Positions 28,370 through 40,106 of a DNA stretch of 64,000 nucleotides are shown here, one piece after another (position 1 is the first letter of the stretch; each line of letters starts with the position of its first letter). Position numbers and translations under genes: made by a program. Under the pieces are notes generated by a model. That model did not search any database. It worked only from the letters and a program-made list of their open reading frames with translations, and was not told the DNA's origin. The DNA comes from an uncultured delta proteobacterium (lineage in GTDB: Bacteria > Desulfobacterota > RBG-13-43-22): assembly GCA_963711835.1 (NCBI GenBank), contig CAVQFQ010000021.1:160001-224000 (forward strand). Direction: 5' to 3'.

Positions 28370-29560
28370 ATGGATCCCATCCGTCAGTTGACCGTCCTCT
28401 CCCTGGAACAGGCTACCGTTTTACCCTATCTGACTTTTCGCCTGGTTCAGGATGGGGTTCAGGTTATCCGCCTCGAACATCCGGTCTTCGGCGACCCGAA
28501 CCGCCTGGTGGGCGATAATGTGCTGCACGAAGAACGGATGAATACCTATTTCATGGCCATCAATGCCGGCAAAAAAGCCCTGACCTTGAACTTAGGGGAG
28601 CCGGAAGGCCGGGAACTTCTAAAAAAACTCCTCTTGCAGTTAAAAGTTGATATTTTCGCCACCAACCAGCTTCCCCGGAATTATTCCAAACTGGGGATAG
28701 ATTATGAAACCCTGCAATCCATCAGACCGGATCTGATCTGGCTGGGGATTACCGGCTTCGGGCCGGACAGCAATGAAGCCGCTTATGACCCCATTCTTCA
28801 GGCCCGCGGCGGGCTGATGGAGTTGACCGGGGAACCGGACGGGGAACCCCAGGTTTTAGGCATCCCCCTGCCTGATATGGGCGCCAGCGAACACGCCTAC
28901 GGCCTGATCATGAAGGCCCTGTACCGGAGGGCGGTAACCGGCCAGGGGTCTCGCCTTGACCTGTCTATGTTTGAAAGCACGGTTTCCTGGTTGACGGTCC
29001 CGATTACCTTGAGCCAATCCTTCGGAAATAAAATTACCCGCCGGGGCAACACCCATGAATTCTTTGCTCCGGTCTCCGTCTTTCCCACCTCGGACGGGTA
29101 TGTCTATATCGCCATGGGCAATGACAAACAATGGGGGACCCTGACCGAAGCTCCAGAGTTCAAAAGCCTGGCAAAGGAAACCTATAAAAAGAACGCCGGC
29201 CGCATTGCCGATGTGAAAAAGCTGAACCGGGACTTGACGGCCATCTTCGGGAAATTCAAAACCACTGAAGTAATTTCCCTGTTTAATAAACTGGGCATTC
29301 CTATTTCAGAGATCAACTCCATGGACCAGGTAGCCAGAGACCCGCTGGTAGCAAAAAATATGCTCAAGGCCAAGGACCCCAAAACCGAGACGGAACTGAC
29401 TCTGGCGCCTGCGCCGAACATGACCGATTATCTGCGATCGGTAAATCAACGGCTTTCTTTCCCGCCACGTTTTGGCGAACAAAATCACGAAATCTACGGA
29501 AAGATTTTGGGTTATAGTGAAGAACAATTAAAGACCTTCAAGGAAAAGGGCATTATTTAA
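28370..29560 (+). CDS. CoA-transferase family III (CaiB/BaiF)
   Basis: NAGKKALTLNL, ITGFGPD, AYDPILQARGGLM, PPRFGEQN. Confidence 0.92.
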   Translation: MDPIRQLTVLSLEQATVLPYLTFRLVQDGVQVIRLEHPVFGDPNRLVGDNVLHEERMNTYFMAINAGKKALTLNLGEPEGRELLKKLLLQLKVDIFATNQLPRNYSKLGIDYETLQSIRPDLIWLGITGFGPDSNEAAYDPILQARGGLMELTGEPDGEPQVLGIPLPDMGASEHAYGLIMKALYRRAVTGQGSRLDLSMFESTVSWLTVPITLSQSFGNKITRRGNTHEFFAPVSVFPTSDGYVYIAMGNDKQWGTLTEAPEFKSLAKETYKKNAGRIADVKKLNRDLTAIFGKFKTTEVISLFNKLGIPISEINSMDQVARDPLVAKNMLKAKDPKTETELTLAPAPNMTDYLRSVNQRLSFPPRFGEQNHEIYGKILGYSEEQLKTFKEKGII

Positions 29561-29589
29561 CGGATCCCCTTTCCACATATGGAGCGGTT

Positions 29590-29997
29590 ATGACTGCTGA
29601 GAAGAAAAAACGCCCTATCCGGGTCCTTATCGCCAAACCGGGCCTGGATGGGCATGATCGGGGGGCCAAGGTGGTGGCCCATGCCTTACGCGATGCCGGC
29701 ATGGAGGTCATTTACACCGGTCTGCATCAAAGTGTCGAAGGTATCGTCCAGGCCGCCATCCAGGAAGACGTGGATGTGATCGGCCTTTCCATCATGTCCG
29801 GCGCCCATCTTCCCATTTGCCGAAAACTGATGGGACTGCTTTCAGAGAAAGGGTCCTTGGACAAAAAGGTGGTCGTCGGCGGAGTCATCCCTAAACGGGA
29901 TATTCCGGCCCTGAAAGAACTGGGCGTGGCCGGCGTTTTCCCGGGGGGAACCCCTTTTTCAGTTCCCATAGAGTTTATCAAAACAAACATAAAATAA
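29590..29997 (+). CDS. Acyl-CoA mutase small (cobalamin-binding) subunit
   Basis: KPGLDGHDRGAK (DxHxxG), SIMSGAH, GGVIP. Confidence 0.95.
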   Translation: MTAEKKKRPIRVLIAKPGLDGHDRGAKVVAHALRDAGMEVIYTGLHQSVEGIVQAAIQEDVDVIGLSIMSGAHLPICRKLMGLLSEKGSLDKKVVVGGVIPKRDIPALKELGVAGVFPGGTPFSVPIEFIKTNIK

Positions 29998-30090
29998 GGG
30001 TTCAAGGCTTAAGACGCATGGCACAAGGAAAAGCTTGAAAAAGGATTCACCCTTTCTGCCTTGAACCTTATGCCCTGCACCTTGCGCCGG
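29998..30090. repeat. Inverted heptamer arrays between mutase subunit genes
   Basis: gttcaag/gcttaag/acgcatg/gcacaag ... ccttgaa/ccttatg/ccctgca/ccttgcg. Confidence 0.6.
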
Positions 30091-30106
30091 TATTTTAGGA
30101 GATACC

Positions 30107-31735
30107 ATGGGAGTAGCCAAATACACCAAAGACAAAAAAGACGGGATCCAGGAGGTAACTCTCCAGTCAGGGATCAGGGTCAAGCCGCTCTATACGCCCC
30201 AAGACCTGGCTGATAGCGGCTTTGATTATCAGCAAGACCTGGCCGACCCCGGCCAATACCCCTTTACCCGGGGCATACATCCCCTGGGTTATCGCAGCCG
30301 GGCCTGGACCACCCGACAGTACACCGGCTTCGGCACACCGGCCGAAACCAATGAACGCTTCAAACTGATGATCGCCCACGGCCAGACCGGTTTGAATGTG
30401 GCTTTTGATCTTCCTACCCAGATGGGGCTAGACTCCGACGACCCCCTGGCCGAAGGGGAAGTGGGCCGGGTGGGCATGGCCGTCGATTCCCTGCGGGATT
30501 TTGAAATCGCCTTCAAAGATATCCAGCTTGATAAGATCGGGGTCGGGTTAACCATCAACGCCGTGGCGTCCATCATGCTGGCCATGTATCAGGCCATGGC
30601 CGAGAAAATCGGTTATACCAAAGAACAAATCAGTGCTACACCTCAGAACGATATCCTTAAGGAAATGATCGGCCGGGGGGCCTGGATCTTTCCCGTCGAA
30701 CCGGCGGTCCGGCTTATCGGCGACACCATCGAATACTCCATAAAAGAACTTCCCAAGTGCAATCCGGTCAGCGTCTGCGGCTATCATATCCGGGAATCCG
30801 GGGCCACCGCCTCCCAGGAGATCGCTTACGCCATCCTGATTGCCAACGCCTATATTGACGAGGTCGTCGGCCGGGGATATACCGTCGAAGATTTCGTGGG
30901 TCGCTTCTCCTTTAACATAAACATCTTCGGCAATCTCTGGGAACAGGTGGCCAAGTTCCGGGCCGCCCGCAAACTCTGGGCCGTAAACCTGAGGGAAAAG
31001 TACGGCGTCCGAAAGACAAGAACCTCTATTTCCGGGGTCTTTTCGGCGGCGGGGGCTACGGCTTGACCAAAGCCCAACCGGAAAACAACATCATCCGGGG
31101 CGCCTATTATGCCCTGGCCGCGGCCTTGGGCGGAGCCCAGACCACGGCCCTGTGCTCTTTCGATGAAGCCTACACCATCCCCACCCCGCGGGCCGCCCTG
31201 CTCTCCCTGCGGACCCTCGAGCTTCTTATGGAGGAAGTAGGCTTGCGGGATACGGTGGATCCCCTGGCCGGATCCTACTTCATTGAAACCCTGACCAAAG
31301 AGATGGAAAATAAAATCAAGGAAGAGATGAAAGAGGTTGAGGGATTCGGCGGCATCGTTCAGGCCGTGGGCCAGGGCTACCATCCAGAAAAAAGTTTCCC
31401 GCCAGGCCTATGAGTTTGAGAAAGGCCTCCAGGAGGGTGAATTGATCAAAGTCGGGGTCAATAAATATGTGGAAGGCGAAGAAGAAGACGTCGACCTCCA
31501 TGAATACCGGGAAGAATCGGCTGAAGAAAAAATCAGAGACTTGAAGGCCTTGCGCCGGGAGCGCTCCTCCCAGGAAGTGACTCGCACCCTCAAGGCCCTG
31601 GAGACCGCGGTCAAGGAAAAGAAAAACGTCATGCCGCTTCTGGTTGATTGCTGCAAGGCCTACTGCACGGTTGGAGAGATGACCCGGGTCTTCAAGGACA
31701 GTTACGGGGAGTTTGAAGAGCCCGGGTTGTTCTGA
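30107..31735 (+). pseudogene. Methylmalonyl-CoA mutase-like large subunit, frameshifted (~31015, ~31385; possibly artefact)
   Basis: PGQYPFTRGI, WTTRQYTGFG, AFDLPTQMG, QNDILKE, GYHIRESGA, DPLAGSYFIE, TVGEM spread over 3 frames. Confidence 0.88.
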
Positions 31736-31770
31736 AACCGGAAGGAATGAAAGTTCAGTTTGGAGGAAAA

Positions 31771-33875
31771 ATGGCAGATAGGGATTACCGGCTAGGCTGT
31801 GACATCGGCGGCACCTTTACCGACTTTGTCCTGCTTAACGATCAGACCGGGGAGATAAAGACCGGCAAGTGCCTGACCACCCCCCAGGACCCCTCGGATG
31901 CCGTTGAAGAGGGGATACGGGTGCTGGAAGCGACCACGCCGGACTTTGTCGGCCAAGCTGGATGAGCTGATTCATGGAACGACCCTCGTCATCAATTCCA
32001 TCATCGAGAGAAAGGGGGCCAGAACAGGGCTGATCACGACCAAGGGCTTCAGGGATGTCCTGGAAATCGGCAGGGAGATGCGCTACGCCCCCTATGACAT
32101 ATTCGCCGAATTCCCCAGGCCTCTGATCCCCCGAAGATATCGCATCGAAGTGGATGAGCGGATCCGCAGCGACGGGAGCGTCCTAAAGGCCCTGGACCCG
32201 GAAGAGGCACGACAGGCGGTCCGTACCCTCCTCAGACATGGGCGTTGAATCGATCGCTGTCTGTCTCATCAATTCTTTCGAGAATCCGGCCCATGAGCTG
32301 ATGCTCGAGGAGATCATCGACGAGGAAGCGCCGGGGATTTCCGTCTCCATTTCCTACCGCGTTTTGCCGCAGATCAAGGAGTATGAGAGAACGAGCACCA
32401 CGGTTACCAATGCCTACGTCAAGCCCCTGACGGGGCGGTATCTGTCCAAACTGGCCGGCCGGCTTGAGATCGATCGGTTTCAAGGGCAAGCTCTTTATCA
32501 TGCTTTCGAGCGGCGGCGTTACTTCTGTGGAAACGGCGGCCGAGTTTCCGGTCAGGATTATCGAGTCGGGACCGACCGCGGCGGTCATCGCCGGCCAATA
32601 CTACGGCAAGCACTTCAATATTTCGGAGATGTTCTGCTTTGACATGGGAGGCACAACGGCCAAGTCGTGCCTGATCCAGAAAGGGGTTGCCGGCGTCGTG
32701 CCGACCTTCGAGGTCGGACGCGTCCAACGGTTCATGAAGGGGAGCGGCCTCACCATCCAGGTGCCCGGTCGTCGATCTGATGGAGATAGGTGCCGGGGGC
32801 GGCAGCATCGCAAAGGTAAGCAAGATGGGCACGCTTCAGGTCGGGCCGGAAAGTTCCGGAGCAGCACCCGGACCTATCTGCTACGGGAGGGGAGGCACGG
32901 ACCCTTGCGTGACCGATGCCGATCTCCTGCTGGGCTATCTGGACGAGGACTATTTTCTCGGCGGCGACGATGAAGCTCGACAAGGAGGCGGCCAGGCGCG
33001 GCGTCGAGGAAAAGATTGCCAAACCGCTCGGGGTCTCCTTTATCCAGGCTATCTGGGGGATCCATGATCTCATCAATGAAACCATGGCGGCGGCCGCCAA
33101 GACCCATATCGCCGAAAAAGGCGGAAACCCCAAGATCGTAACTATCGCCGCCTTTGGAGGGGCGGGGCCGGTTCACGCTTATGGTCTGGCCAAGAAACTG
33201 GGGGCCCCCCGTTTGCTGGTGCCGCCGAATGCCGGGGTGGGTTCGGCTATGGGTTTTTTCACCGCTCCCCGGGCTTTTGATCTTCTCCGGAGCCACAAGG
33301 TTTCCCTGACCGATGCCGCCTTCGCTGAAATAGAGAACATCTTCAAGGGGCTTGGAAGCGGATGCGGCAAAAATACTGAAGAAGGAAGCGGCGAAACGAA
33401 CCGATCCATTTCGAACGGTCGCTCGACATGCGCTTCGTGGGACAGGGTTCGGAAATCAATGTTCCCCTGCCTGCCGGAGACTTCACCAAACTCGAGAAAG
33501 CGAAGGTTCGGCACCTCTTCGATGATGTCTATGAGAAACTCTATGGCCGAACCTATCCTGACTCCGAGGTGGAGTTCATCAATTTCAAGGTGAGGGCCAG
33601 CCTGCCCGAGCGGCTCCTGCAACTGCCCAAACTTGGACGTAAAGAAAGGGCAGTCTCTTGAGACGGCCATCAAGGGAAAGCGTCCGGCTTACTCCCCGAT
33701 GGCCCGGGATTTTATCCCCTATACGGTCTACGATCGATACAACTCTTTCCAGCAGCCCGGTTTTCAGGTCCGGCCATAATCGAGGAGAAGGAGTCGACCC
33801 TCATCGTGGGCGAGGATGCCCGGGTATCCGTCGGATGACTTCGGATTTCTCTGGATTGATCTTAAGGAGGCATGA
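31771..33875 (+). pseudogene. Hydantoinase A/5-oxoprolinase family ATP-binding subunit, multiply frameshifted (possibly artefact)
   Basis: [60 protein letters not shown] in successive frames. Confidence 0.88.
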
Positions 33876-33878
33876 ATA

Positions 33879-35592
33879 ATGGGCCGCGTATTCGATCCGA
33901 TCACCTTAGAGATCTTATGGCGCAGGCTGATTTCCATTGTCGACGAGGCAGACGGCAGCGTCGCCCGAACGGCCTTCTCGAGCCTGCTCCGGGATGCCCA
34001 TGACTACACCTGCATGTTTACCGACAAGTGGGGCCGGGAACTGGCCCAGGGGAGCTTTGCCACCCCCGGGCAGTCGGGGGCTATGGCCCTGGGGGTGAAG
34101 AACGCTCATCAAACAGTTTCCCTGCGACTATTACCAGCCCGGCGATGTCTTTATCACGAATGATCCCTGGGCCTTGGCGGGCCATCTGAATGATGTCTGC
34201 GTCATGAGCCCCATCTTCTACCAAAGACAATTGGTCGCCTTTACGGCCTGTGTTTTCCATCACTCCGATATTGGCGGCCGCGTGGCCTCCGACAACCATG
34301 ACGTCTTCGAGGAAGGCCTTTTCATCCCTCTTGTGAAGCTCTATGACCGAGGGGTCCTCAATCAGTCGGTCCTGGATATGATCCGGTGGAATGTACGGAC
34401 GCCTGATGAGGTGATCGGGGATATCCGGTCGCAGATTGCGGCGAACCACGTCTGTGCCGAAAAGATAGGCCAGATGCTTAAGGAGAGCGACCTTGAGAAC
34501 CTGGACGACCTGGCGGACCAGATTATCGGTCTCACGGAGAAAAGCATGCGGGAGGAGATCGAAAAGATCCCGGACGGTATCTACCGGGCCAAAGGCATCA
34601 TCGAGCAGACGAAGGGCAAGGAGGACATCGTTATCCAGGCCAAGGTCGAGATAAAGGGGAGCGATATCCTCGTGGACCTCGACGGCTCTTCCGGGCAGGT
34701 AAACTGGGGCGGCAACGTGGTTTTCAATTTTACCTATGCCTATGTATTCATGGCCATCAAAAGCATGTTTGCCCCGGATATCCCCAACAACGACGGCTGC
34801 GCCAGGCCGATAAAATTGACCGCCCCTGAGGGGAGTGTGGTAAACTGCAAGTTTCCGGCAGCCGTGGCGGCCCGGATGGGGGTGGGTCATTTCATGACCG
34901 AGGTCATTTACCGGGCCCTTTCCGACGTTTTACCCCGGAAGGTGATTGCCGGATCCGGCGGTACGCCGGCCGCGATGAACGTCTTTTACGGGAGAAGGAA
35001 AGACGGGAAACCCTGGCATTCCGTGATCATCAGGGGAGGCGGCATGGGAGCAGGAGCGGCCAATGACGGCAATTACGTCTACATCTTCCCGGCCAACGGC
35101 GCCAATACCCCCGTTGAAATATTTGAAAGCGACACCCCGCTTATTGTGGAAAGGCGGGAGCTCCTCATCGATTCCGGGGGACCTGGAAAGATGAAGGGCG
35201 GCCTCGGAAAAAGAGAGATTTTCAGGATACCCGACGACGAGTACGCCCCGATCCCGCCGGTCAACCTGGGAATCCAGGCGGGAAGGTTTGTTTATCCGGC
35301 GGAAGGGCTCTTTGACGGTAACCCCGGCACCAGGGCCCAGTTCCTCGTCAACGGCGCGCCGGGAAATTCCTATGGATTAACCCAGTTGAAGCCCGGGGAC
35401 GTGGTGACCATCGATGCCCCCGGCGGAGGCGGCTACGGCCATCCCTTCGAACGCGAGCCCGAGATGGTGGCCGGCGACGTGCTCGAAGGATATGTCAGCC
35501 TGGCCAAGGCCAGGAGCGATTATGGGGTTGAGATAGACCCCACCACCAATGAAGCCGATCTGGTTGAAACGAAAAAGCTTCGCGAGCGATGA
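33879..35592 (+). pseudogene. Hydantoinase B/oxoprolinase family subunit, frameshift near 34110 (possibly artefact)
   Basis: DPITLEI, RTAFS, NDPW..GHLND, HHSDIGG, NTPVEIFE, DSGGPG, PGGGGYGHP. Confidence 0.88.
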
Positions 35593-35734
35593 GGGCGACC
35601 TACACCACAGCTCCTGTTACTGATCGGACTATTTAGGGAATCGGATTTACGAATCTCAACTGTTTTTGAATTAAAAATATATTCTCAGATTTTATTGGGT
35701 AAAAATTCAACCCAATGACGCAAGAGGTTTTTTT

Positions 35735-37027
35735 ATGCCCCAAACCTTCATGCCGAGTTTCAAATCCCCTGATGAGTTGAAAGCCCATCAGTTAAAGGGA
35801 TTGCAATGGACCGTAAACCATGCCTATCAGGGGTCCTCTTTTTATCGCCGGAAGTTCGATGAAGTAGGAATCAAACCGGAAGATATCCGGACCTTGGAGG
35901 ATTTAAGCCGTTTGCCTTTTCTAACCGCCCAGGACCTTCGGGACGGCTATCCCTTCCCTTTGCTTTCCGTGCCTCTGGAAAAAGTGGTCCGCATCCATGC
36001 CTCTACCGGCACCACCGGCAAGCGCAAGATCCTGGCCTATACCCAGAAGGACCTTGACGACTGGATCTATTTCTTTGCCCGCTGCTACGAAATGGCCGGA
36101 TTGACCCGGGAAGACCGGGTTCAGATTGCCGTCGGTTACGGGGTCTGGACGGCCGGGGTGGGGTTTCAACTGGGCTGCGAACGGTTTGGCGCCCTGGCCA
36201 TACCCATAGGCCCGGGAAACATTGATCTGCAGTGTGAATTTTTAGTCGACCTTCAGTCCACGGTCCTCTGCTCCACAGCCTCCATGGCCCTGCTCATGGC
36301 CGAAGAAGTGGATCGGCGGGGCCTGCGGGACAAGATCTCTCTGAAAAAAATAATCTTCGGCTCGGAACGGAGCAGCGAGGCCCAGCGCAAGAAAATACAG
36401 GCGCTCTTGGGTCTGGAGGAGATGTTCGACATCCCGGGCATGACCGAATTGTACGGCCCGGGAACCGGCCTGGACTGCTCCCGTCACGAGGGGATTCACT
36501 ATTGGGCCGACTATTACCTCCTCGAATTGCTCCATCCGATAACCTTAGAGCCGGTGGGACCCGGAGAAACCGGAGAAATGGTGGTCACTACCTTATGCAA
36601 AGAGGCCGCCCCCCTGGTCCGCTATCGGACCCGGGATCTGACCCGTTTAATCGATCATCCCTGCTCCTGCGGAAATATCCTGCCCCTCCACGACCGCATT
36701 TTAGGCCGTTCCGATGACATGATCATCTTCCGGGGTGTCAATCTCTATCCGGCCCATGTGGATGAAATTCTTTCCCAGACCCCGGGAATCGGCAGTGAAT
36801 ACCAGATCCACTTGAACCGTCTGGAAGACGGCAAAGATTATATGGTCATCAAGGTGGAAAGGGCCGATGCCGCTGATCCCCAGGGGGACCCTGCTTTCAG
36901 CCGCTCCATTGCCGCCGCCATCCGGAAAAAACTGCTGGTCAGCGGCGAGGTGGAGATGGTTTCTTATGGGGCCTTGCCCCGGTCAGAACGAAAAAGCAAA
37001 CGCGTTTTTGATAATCGTGGTTTTTAA
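35735..37027 (+). CDS. Phenylacetate-CoA ligase family protein
   Basis: RIHASTGTTGK, RYRTRDLT, GRSDDMIIFRGVN, KSKRVFD. Confidence 0.92.
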   Translation: MPQTFMPSFKSPDELKAHQLKGLQWTVNHAYQGSSFYRRKFDEVGIKPEDIRTLEDLSRLPFLTAQDLRDGYPFPLLSVPLEKVVRIHASTGTTGKRKILAYTQKDLDDWIYFFARCYEMAGLTREDRVQIAVGYGVWTAGVGFQLGCERFGALAIPIGPGNIDLQCEFLVDLQSTVLCSTASMALLMAEEVDRRGLRDKISLKKIIFGSERSSEAQRKKIQALLGLEEMFDIPGMTELYGPGTGLDCSRHEGIHYWADYYLLELLHPITLEPVGPGETGEMVVTTLCKEAAPLVRYRTRDLTRLIDHPCSCGNILPLHDRILGRSDDMIIFRGVNLYPAHVDEILSQTPGIGSEYQIHLNRLEDGKDYMVIKVERADAADPQGDPAFSRSIAAAIRKKLLVSGEVEMVSYGALPRSERKSKRVFDNRGF

Positions 37028-37103
37028 GAGGAGGTGATGAGCCGCACCGGCGAATAAACTTGGGAATTTCTTAAAAACAAAAAAAGTTCAATAATTTTCC
37101 CAA

Positions 37104-38156
37104 ATGGAGGAAAACAAAATGAAAAAAATCAGTTTCAGTAGCTGTTCTGCAGTGGTAGCCTTTCTAATCTTCCTGACCTTCTTGACCCTCAACGCCGCAC
37201 CTGCGGCAGCCCAAATCAAACTGACCTACGCCAATTTCCCCCCGGCTTCCACTTTCCCCTGCGTACAAATGGAAAGATGGAAAACGGAGGTAGAGAAGAG
37301 AAGCCACGGTAAAGTGATGGTTCAAACCTTCCCCGGGGGAACCTTGTTGCCGGCTAAAAACATCTTTGACGGGGTTATTGCCGGAACGGCCGACATCGGC
37401 AATCTGGCCATGAGTTACCAACCGGGCCGCTTCCCTGTTTCAGAAGCCATTGACATGCCCCTTGGTTTTACCAGTGCCAAAGCAGCCAGCCTGGCCCTTT
37501 ACGATCTGATTGAAAAATATAATCCCAAAGAATTTGAAAAAGTAAAAATCCTTACCTTGTTTACCTGTCCCCCGGCTGATTTTATGACCAGCAAACCCAT
37601 CAAGTCCTTAAAAGATCTTACGGGCATGGAATTGCGAGTAGCCGGAACGGGGGCTGATATCATCAAACGGCTGGGAGGCATCCCCATTGCCATGCCCCAG
37701 TCCGAAACCCCGGAAGCCATTCAAAAAGGGGTGGTTAAGGGCATGGTTTCTTCGATGGAGATTTTAAAGGATTTTAATTTTGCCGCTTACTGCCCTTTTG
37801 CTACCGAGGCCAACCTTTTTGTAGTTACCTTTGCGGTAGTCATGAACAAGGAGAAATGGAACGCCCTGCCGGACGATATCAAAAAACTCCTGGACGATTT
37901 ACGGCGGGAACAGGCCCTTTGGACAGGGACCTACGTAGACAATCATGTCAAGGAAGCCGTGGCCTGGTCTAAGGAAAAGTATAAACTCCAACTCCTTGAA
38001 TTGCCGGCCGGCGATAAAGCCGAGATCCCGAAACTCTTAAAACCAATGCTGGATGAGTATGTCAAGAGGGTTTCGACGGCCGGACTACCGGGTGATCAAA
38101 TTCTGAAGGATGCTTTTGCCTTAAAAGACAAGTACGAAAAGCAATATAAAAAATAA
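37104..38156 (+). CDS. TRAP transporter substrate-binding protein (DctP)
   Basis: Signal peptide, FPGGTLL, YQPGRFP, LRVAG, MNKEKWNALP. Confidence 0.92.
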   Translation: MEENKMKKISFSSCSAVVAFLIFLTFLTLNAAPAAAQIKLTYANFPPASTFPCVQMERWKTEVEKRSHGKVMVQTFPGGTLLPAKNIFDGVIAGTADIGNLAMSYQPGRFPVSEAIDMPLGFTSAKAASLALYDLIEKYNPKEFEKVKILTLFTCPPADFMTSKPIKSLKDLTGMELRVAGTGADIIKRLGGIPIAMPQSETPEAIQKGVVKGMVSSMEILKDFNFAAYCPFATEANLFVVTFAVVMNKEKWNALPDDIKKLLDDLRREQALWTGTYVDNHVKEAVAWSKEKYKLQLLELPAGDKAEIPKLLKPMLDEYVKRVSTAGLPGDQILKDAFALKDKYEKQYKK

Positions 38157-38208
38157 TCCCTCTCCCTTCCCTGCCCTCTCCCTCTGCCGGAGAGGGCAGG
38201 TGGAGGGA
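38157..38208 (+). repeat. GC-rich hairpin between dctP and dctQ (REP-like mRNA stabiliser or attenuator)
   Basis: cctgccctctcc..ggagagggcagg stem with outer tccctc/gaggga. Confidence 0.55.
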
Positions 38209-38229
38209 CGGCCCCTTAAGAGGAACCTT

Positions 38230-38712
38230 ATGGACATTCTCGAAAAATTCAATGATTTTTTAAATAAAATCATGCTGATTCTTGGAGGAATCGCCGTCCT
38301 GGCTCTGATGCTCCTGGCCACCAGCAATGTGACCTTAAGAATCTTTCATGTCCCCTTCCGAGGCACCTATGAAATCGTGGGTTTTTTAGGAGCCATCGTG
38401 ATTGCCTTTGCCCTGGGTTATACCCAAAAAAGAAAAGACAACATTGTGGTGGATATCCTCACTGAAAAATTTCCCAAAAAGATTAATCGGGTCCTTAACG
38501 CCATAAGTTACTTTTCCACCATGGTTTTTTTCGCCATCATCGCCTGGCAGGTCTTGGTTTGGGGGATAAAACTGTTTAAAGCCGGTGAGGTTTCCGAAAC
38601 CTTAAAAATCATCTTTTACCCTTTTGTTTTTTCAGTGGCCTTGGGATTTGCGGTCCTGTCTTTCACGCTCCTCATTGATTTTCTGAAAACAGTTCACGGC
38701 CGAAAGGAATAA
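38230..38712 (+). CDS. TRAP transporter small permease (DctQ)
   Basis: 4 TM segments, position between dctP and dctM. Confidence 0.9.
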   Translation: MDILEKFNDFLNKIMLILGGIAVLALMLLATSNVTLRIFHVPFRGTYEIVGFLGAIVIAFALGYTQKRKDNIVVDILTEKFPKKINRVLNAISYFSTMVFFAIIAWQVLVWGIKLFKAGEVSETLKIIFYPFVFSVALGFAVLSFTLLIDFLKTVHGRKE

Positions 38713-38718
38713 CCTGAC

Positions 38719-40026
38719 ATGGACGGACCTCTGGTAGGTGTTTACGGCATTATCATCATGTTTCTGGTCCTCTTTCTGTTGCGGATCCCGGCCGGTTTTA
38801 CCATGGCCTTGGTAGGGTTTTTAGGGGTGGCCTATGTTACTACCTTTAAGGCCGCCCTGGGTATGATCGGGACCGATATGTGGAACATCTTCTCCAATTA
38901 CGGCCTGACCGTCATTCCCATGTTCATCCTGGTGGGAGAATTTGTCCACTATGGGGGCTATAATGACGGATTGTACTACGCTACCTACCGTTGGTTTGGA
39001 CATTATAAAGGAGGATTGGCCATCACGACCATTATGGCCTGTGCGGCCTTTTCGGCCATCAGCGGTTCCAATACCGCCACAGCCGCGACTATGAGCACCG
39101 TAGCGATTCCGGCCATGAGGAAATATAAATATCACCCTATGCTCAATGCCGGCTCGGTGGTAGCCGGGTCTACCCTTGGAGTAATGATCCCGCCCAGTAT
39201 CGTTTTGGTGGTCTATGGAATTTACACCGGTCAATCCATTGGGAAATTATTCTTTGGTAATGTGATCCCCAGTGTGATCCTGACCGTTCTGATTGCCGCC
39301 ACGGTAATCTATATCTGCTTTCGTCATCCGGATTGGGGACCCAAGGGACCCAAAAGCACCTGGAAGGAACGCTGGCAAGCCCTGCCCGAAGTGGTGGATA
39401 TCTTGATTCTCTTTGCCATCATTATGTATGCCCTGTTCACCGGGGTGGTGACCGCCACCGAAGCCGCCGCCGCCAGTTGCACCCTGGGACTGATCATCTG
39501 CTTAATCCGGAGAAAGCTTTCCTGGGAGGGATTCAAGAAATCCCTTGTTGATACCCTGCGCATCTCCTGTCTGGTCTTCATGATCGTGGCCGGGGCGACG
39601 ATCTTCGGACGTTTTCTGGCCTTGACCCGCCTTCCTTTTGAAGCCGCCGGCTGGATCAGCACCCTGGATATGCCAAACTGGGTGATGCTCTGGTTTGTCT
39701 TGATCTGTTATATTATCGGGGGCTGCGTCATGGATGCCCTGGCTTTCTTATTGGTTTCTCTACCCATCTTTTATCCCTTGGTCATGTCTATGGGCTATGA
39801 CCCTATCTGGTTCGGGCAAGTCATTACGATCGTGACTACCATGGGCGCCATTATGCCACCCATAGGTATTTGTTGTTATGTAGTAGCCGGCATGGCCAAA
39901 GACATCCCCCTGGCAACGGTATTTAGAGGGGGATTGTATTATATTCCTTCCTATATCATTGCGATTATCCTTTTGATGCTTTCCCCGTATTGGACGGTAT
40001 TGGTCTTATCGAATTGGGTGAAATAA
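38719..40026 (+). CDS. TRAP transporter large permease (DctM)
   Basis: SAISGSNTATAA, GSTLGVMIPPS, TATEAAA, GYDPIWFG. Confidence 0.93.
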   Translation: MDGPLVGVYGIIIMFLVLFLLRIPAGFTMALVGFLGVAYVTTFKAALGMIGTDMWNIFSNYGLTVIPMFILVGEFVHYGGYNDGLYYATYRWFGHYKGGLAITTIMACAAFSAISGSNTATAATMSTVAIPAMRKYKYHPMLNAGSVVAGSTLGVMIPPSIVLVVYGIYTGQSIGKLFFGNVIPSVILTVLIAATVIYICFRHPDWGPKGPKSTWKERWQALPEVVDILILFAIIMYALFTGVVTATEAAAASCTLGLIICLIRRKLSWEGFKKSLVDTLRISCLVFMIVAGATIFGRFLALTRLPFEAAGWISTLDMPNWVMLWFVLICYIIGGCVMDALAFLLVSLPIFYPLVMSMGYDPIWFGQVITIVTTMGAIMPPIGICCYVVAGMAKDIPLATVFRGGLYYIPSYIIAIILLMLSPYWTVLVLSNWVK

Positions 40027-40106
40027 AATTCACGGAGCAGGGTTCAAAATGCCAGGTTCCCGAGCCCCGATGCAGGGAAAAAATAAAAAGATTTTGGGAG
40101 GTTGGC

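Noticed and set aside
30107-34170. Programmed frameshifting or selenocysteine read-through as the explanation for split ORFs
   Set aside because: Breaks are numerous indels without consistent slippery sites; no in-frame TGA at Cys positions was seen
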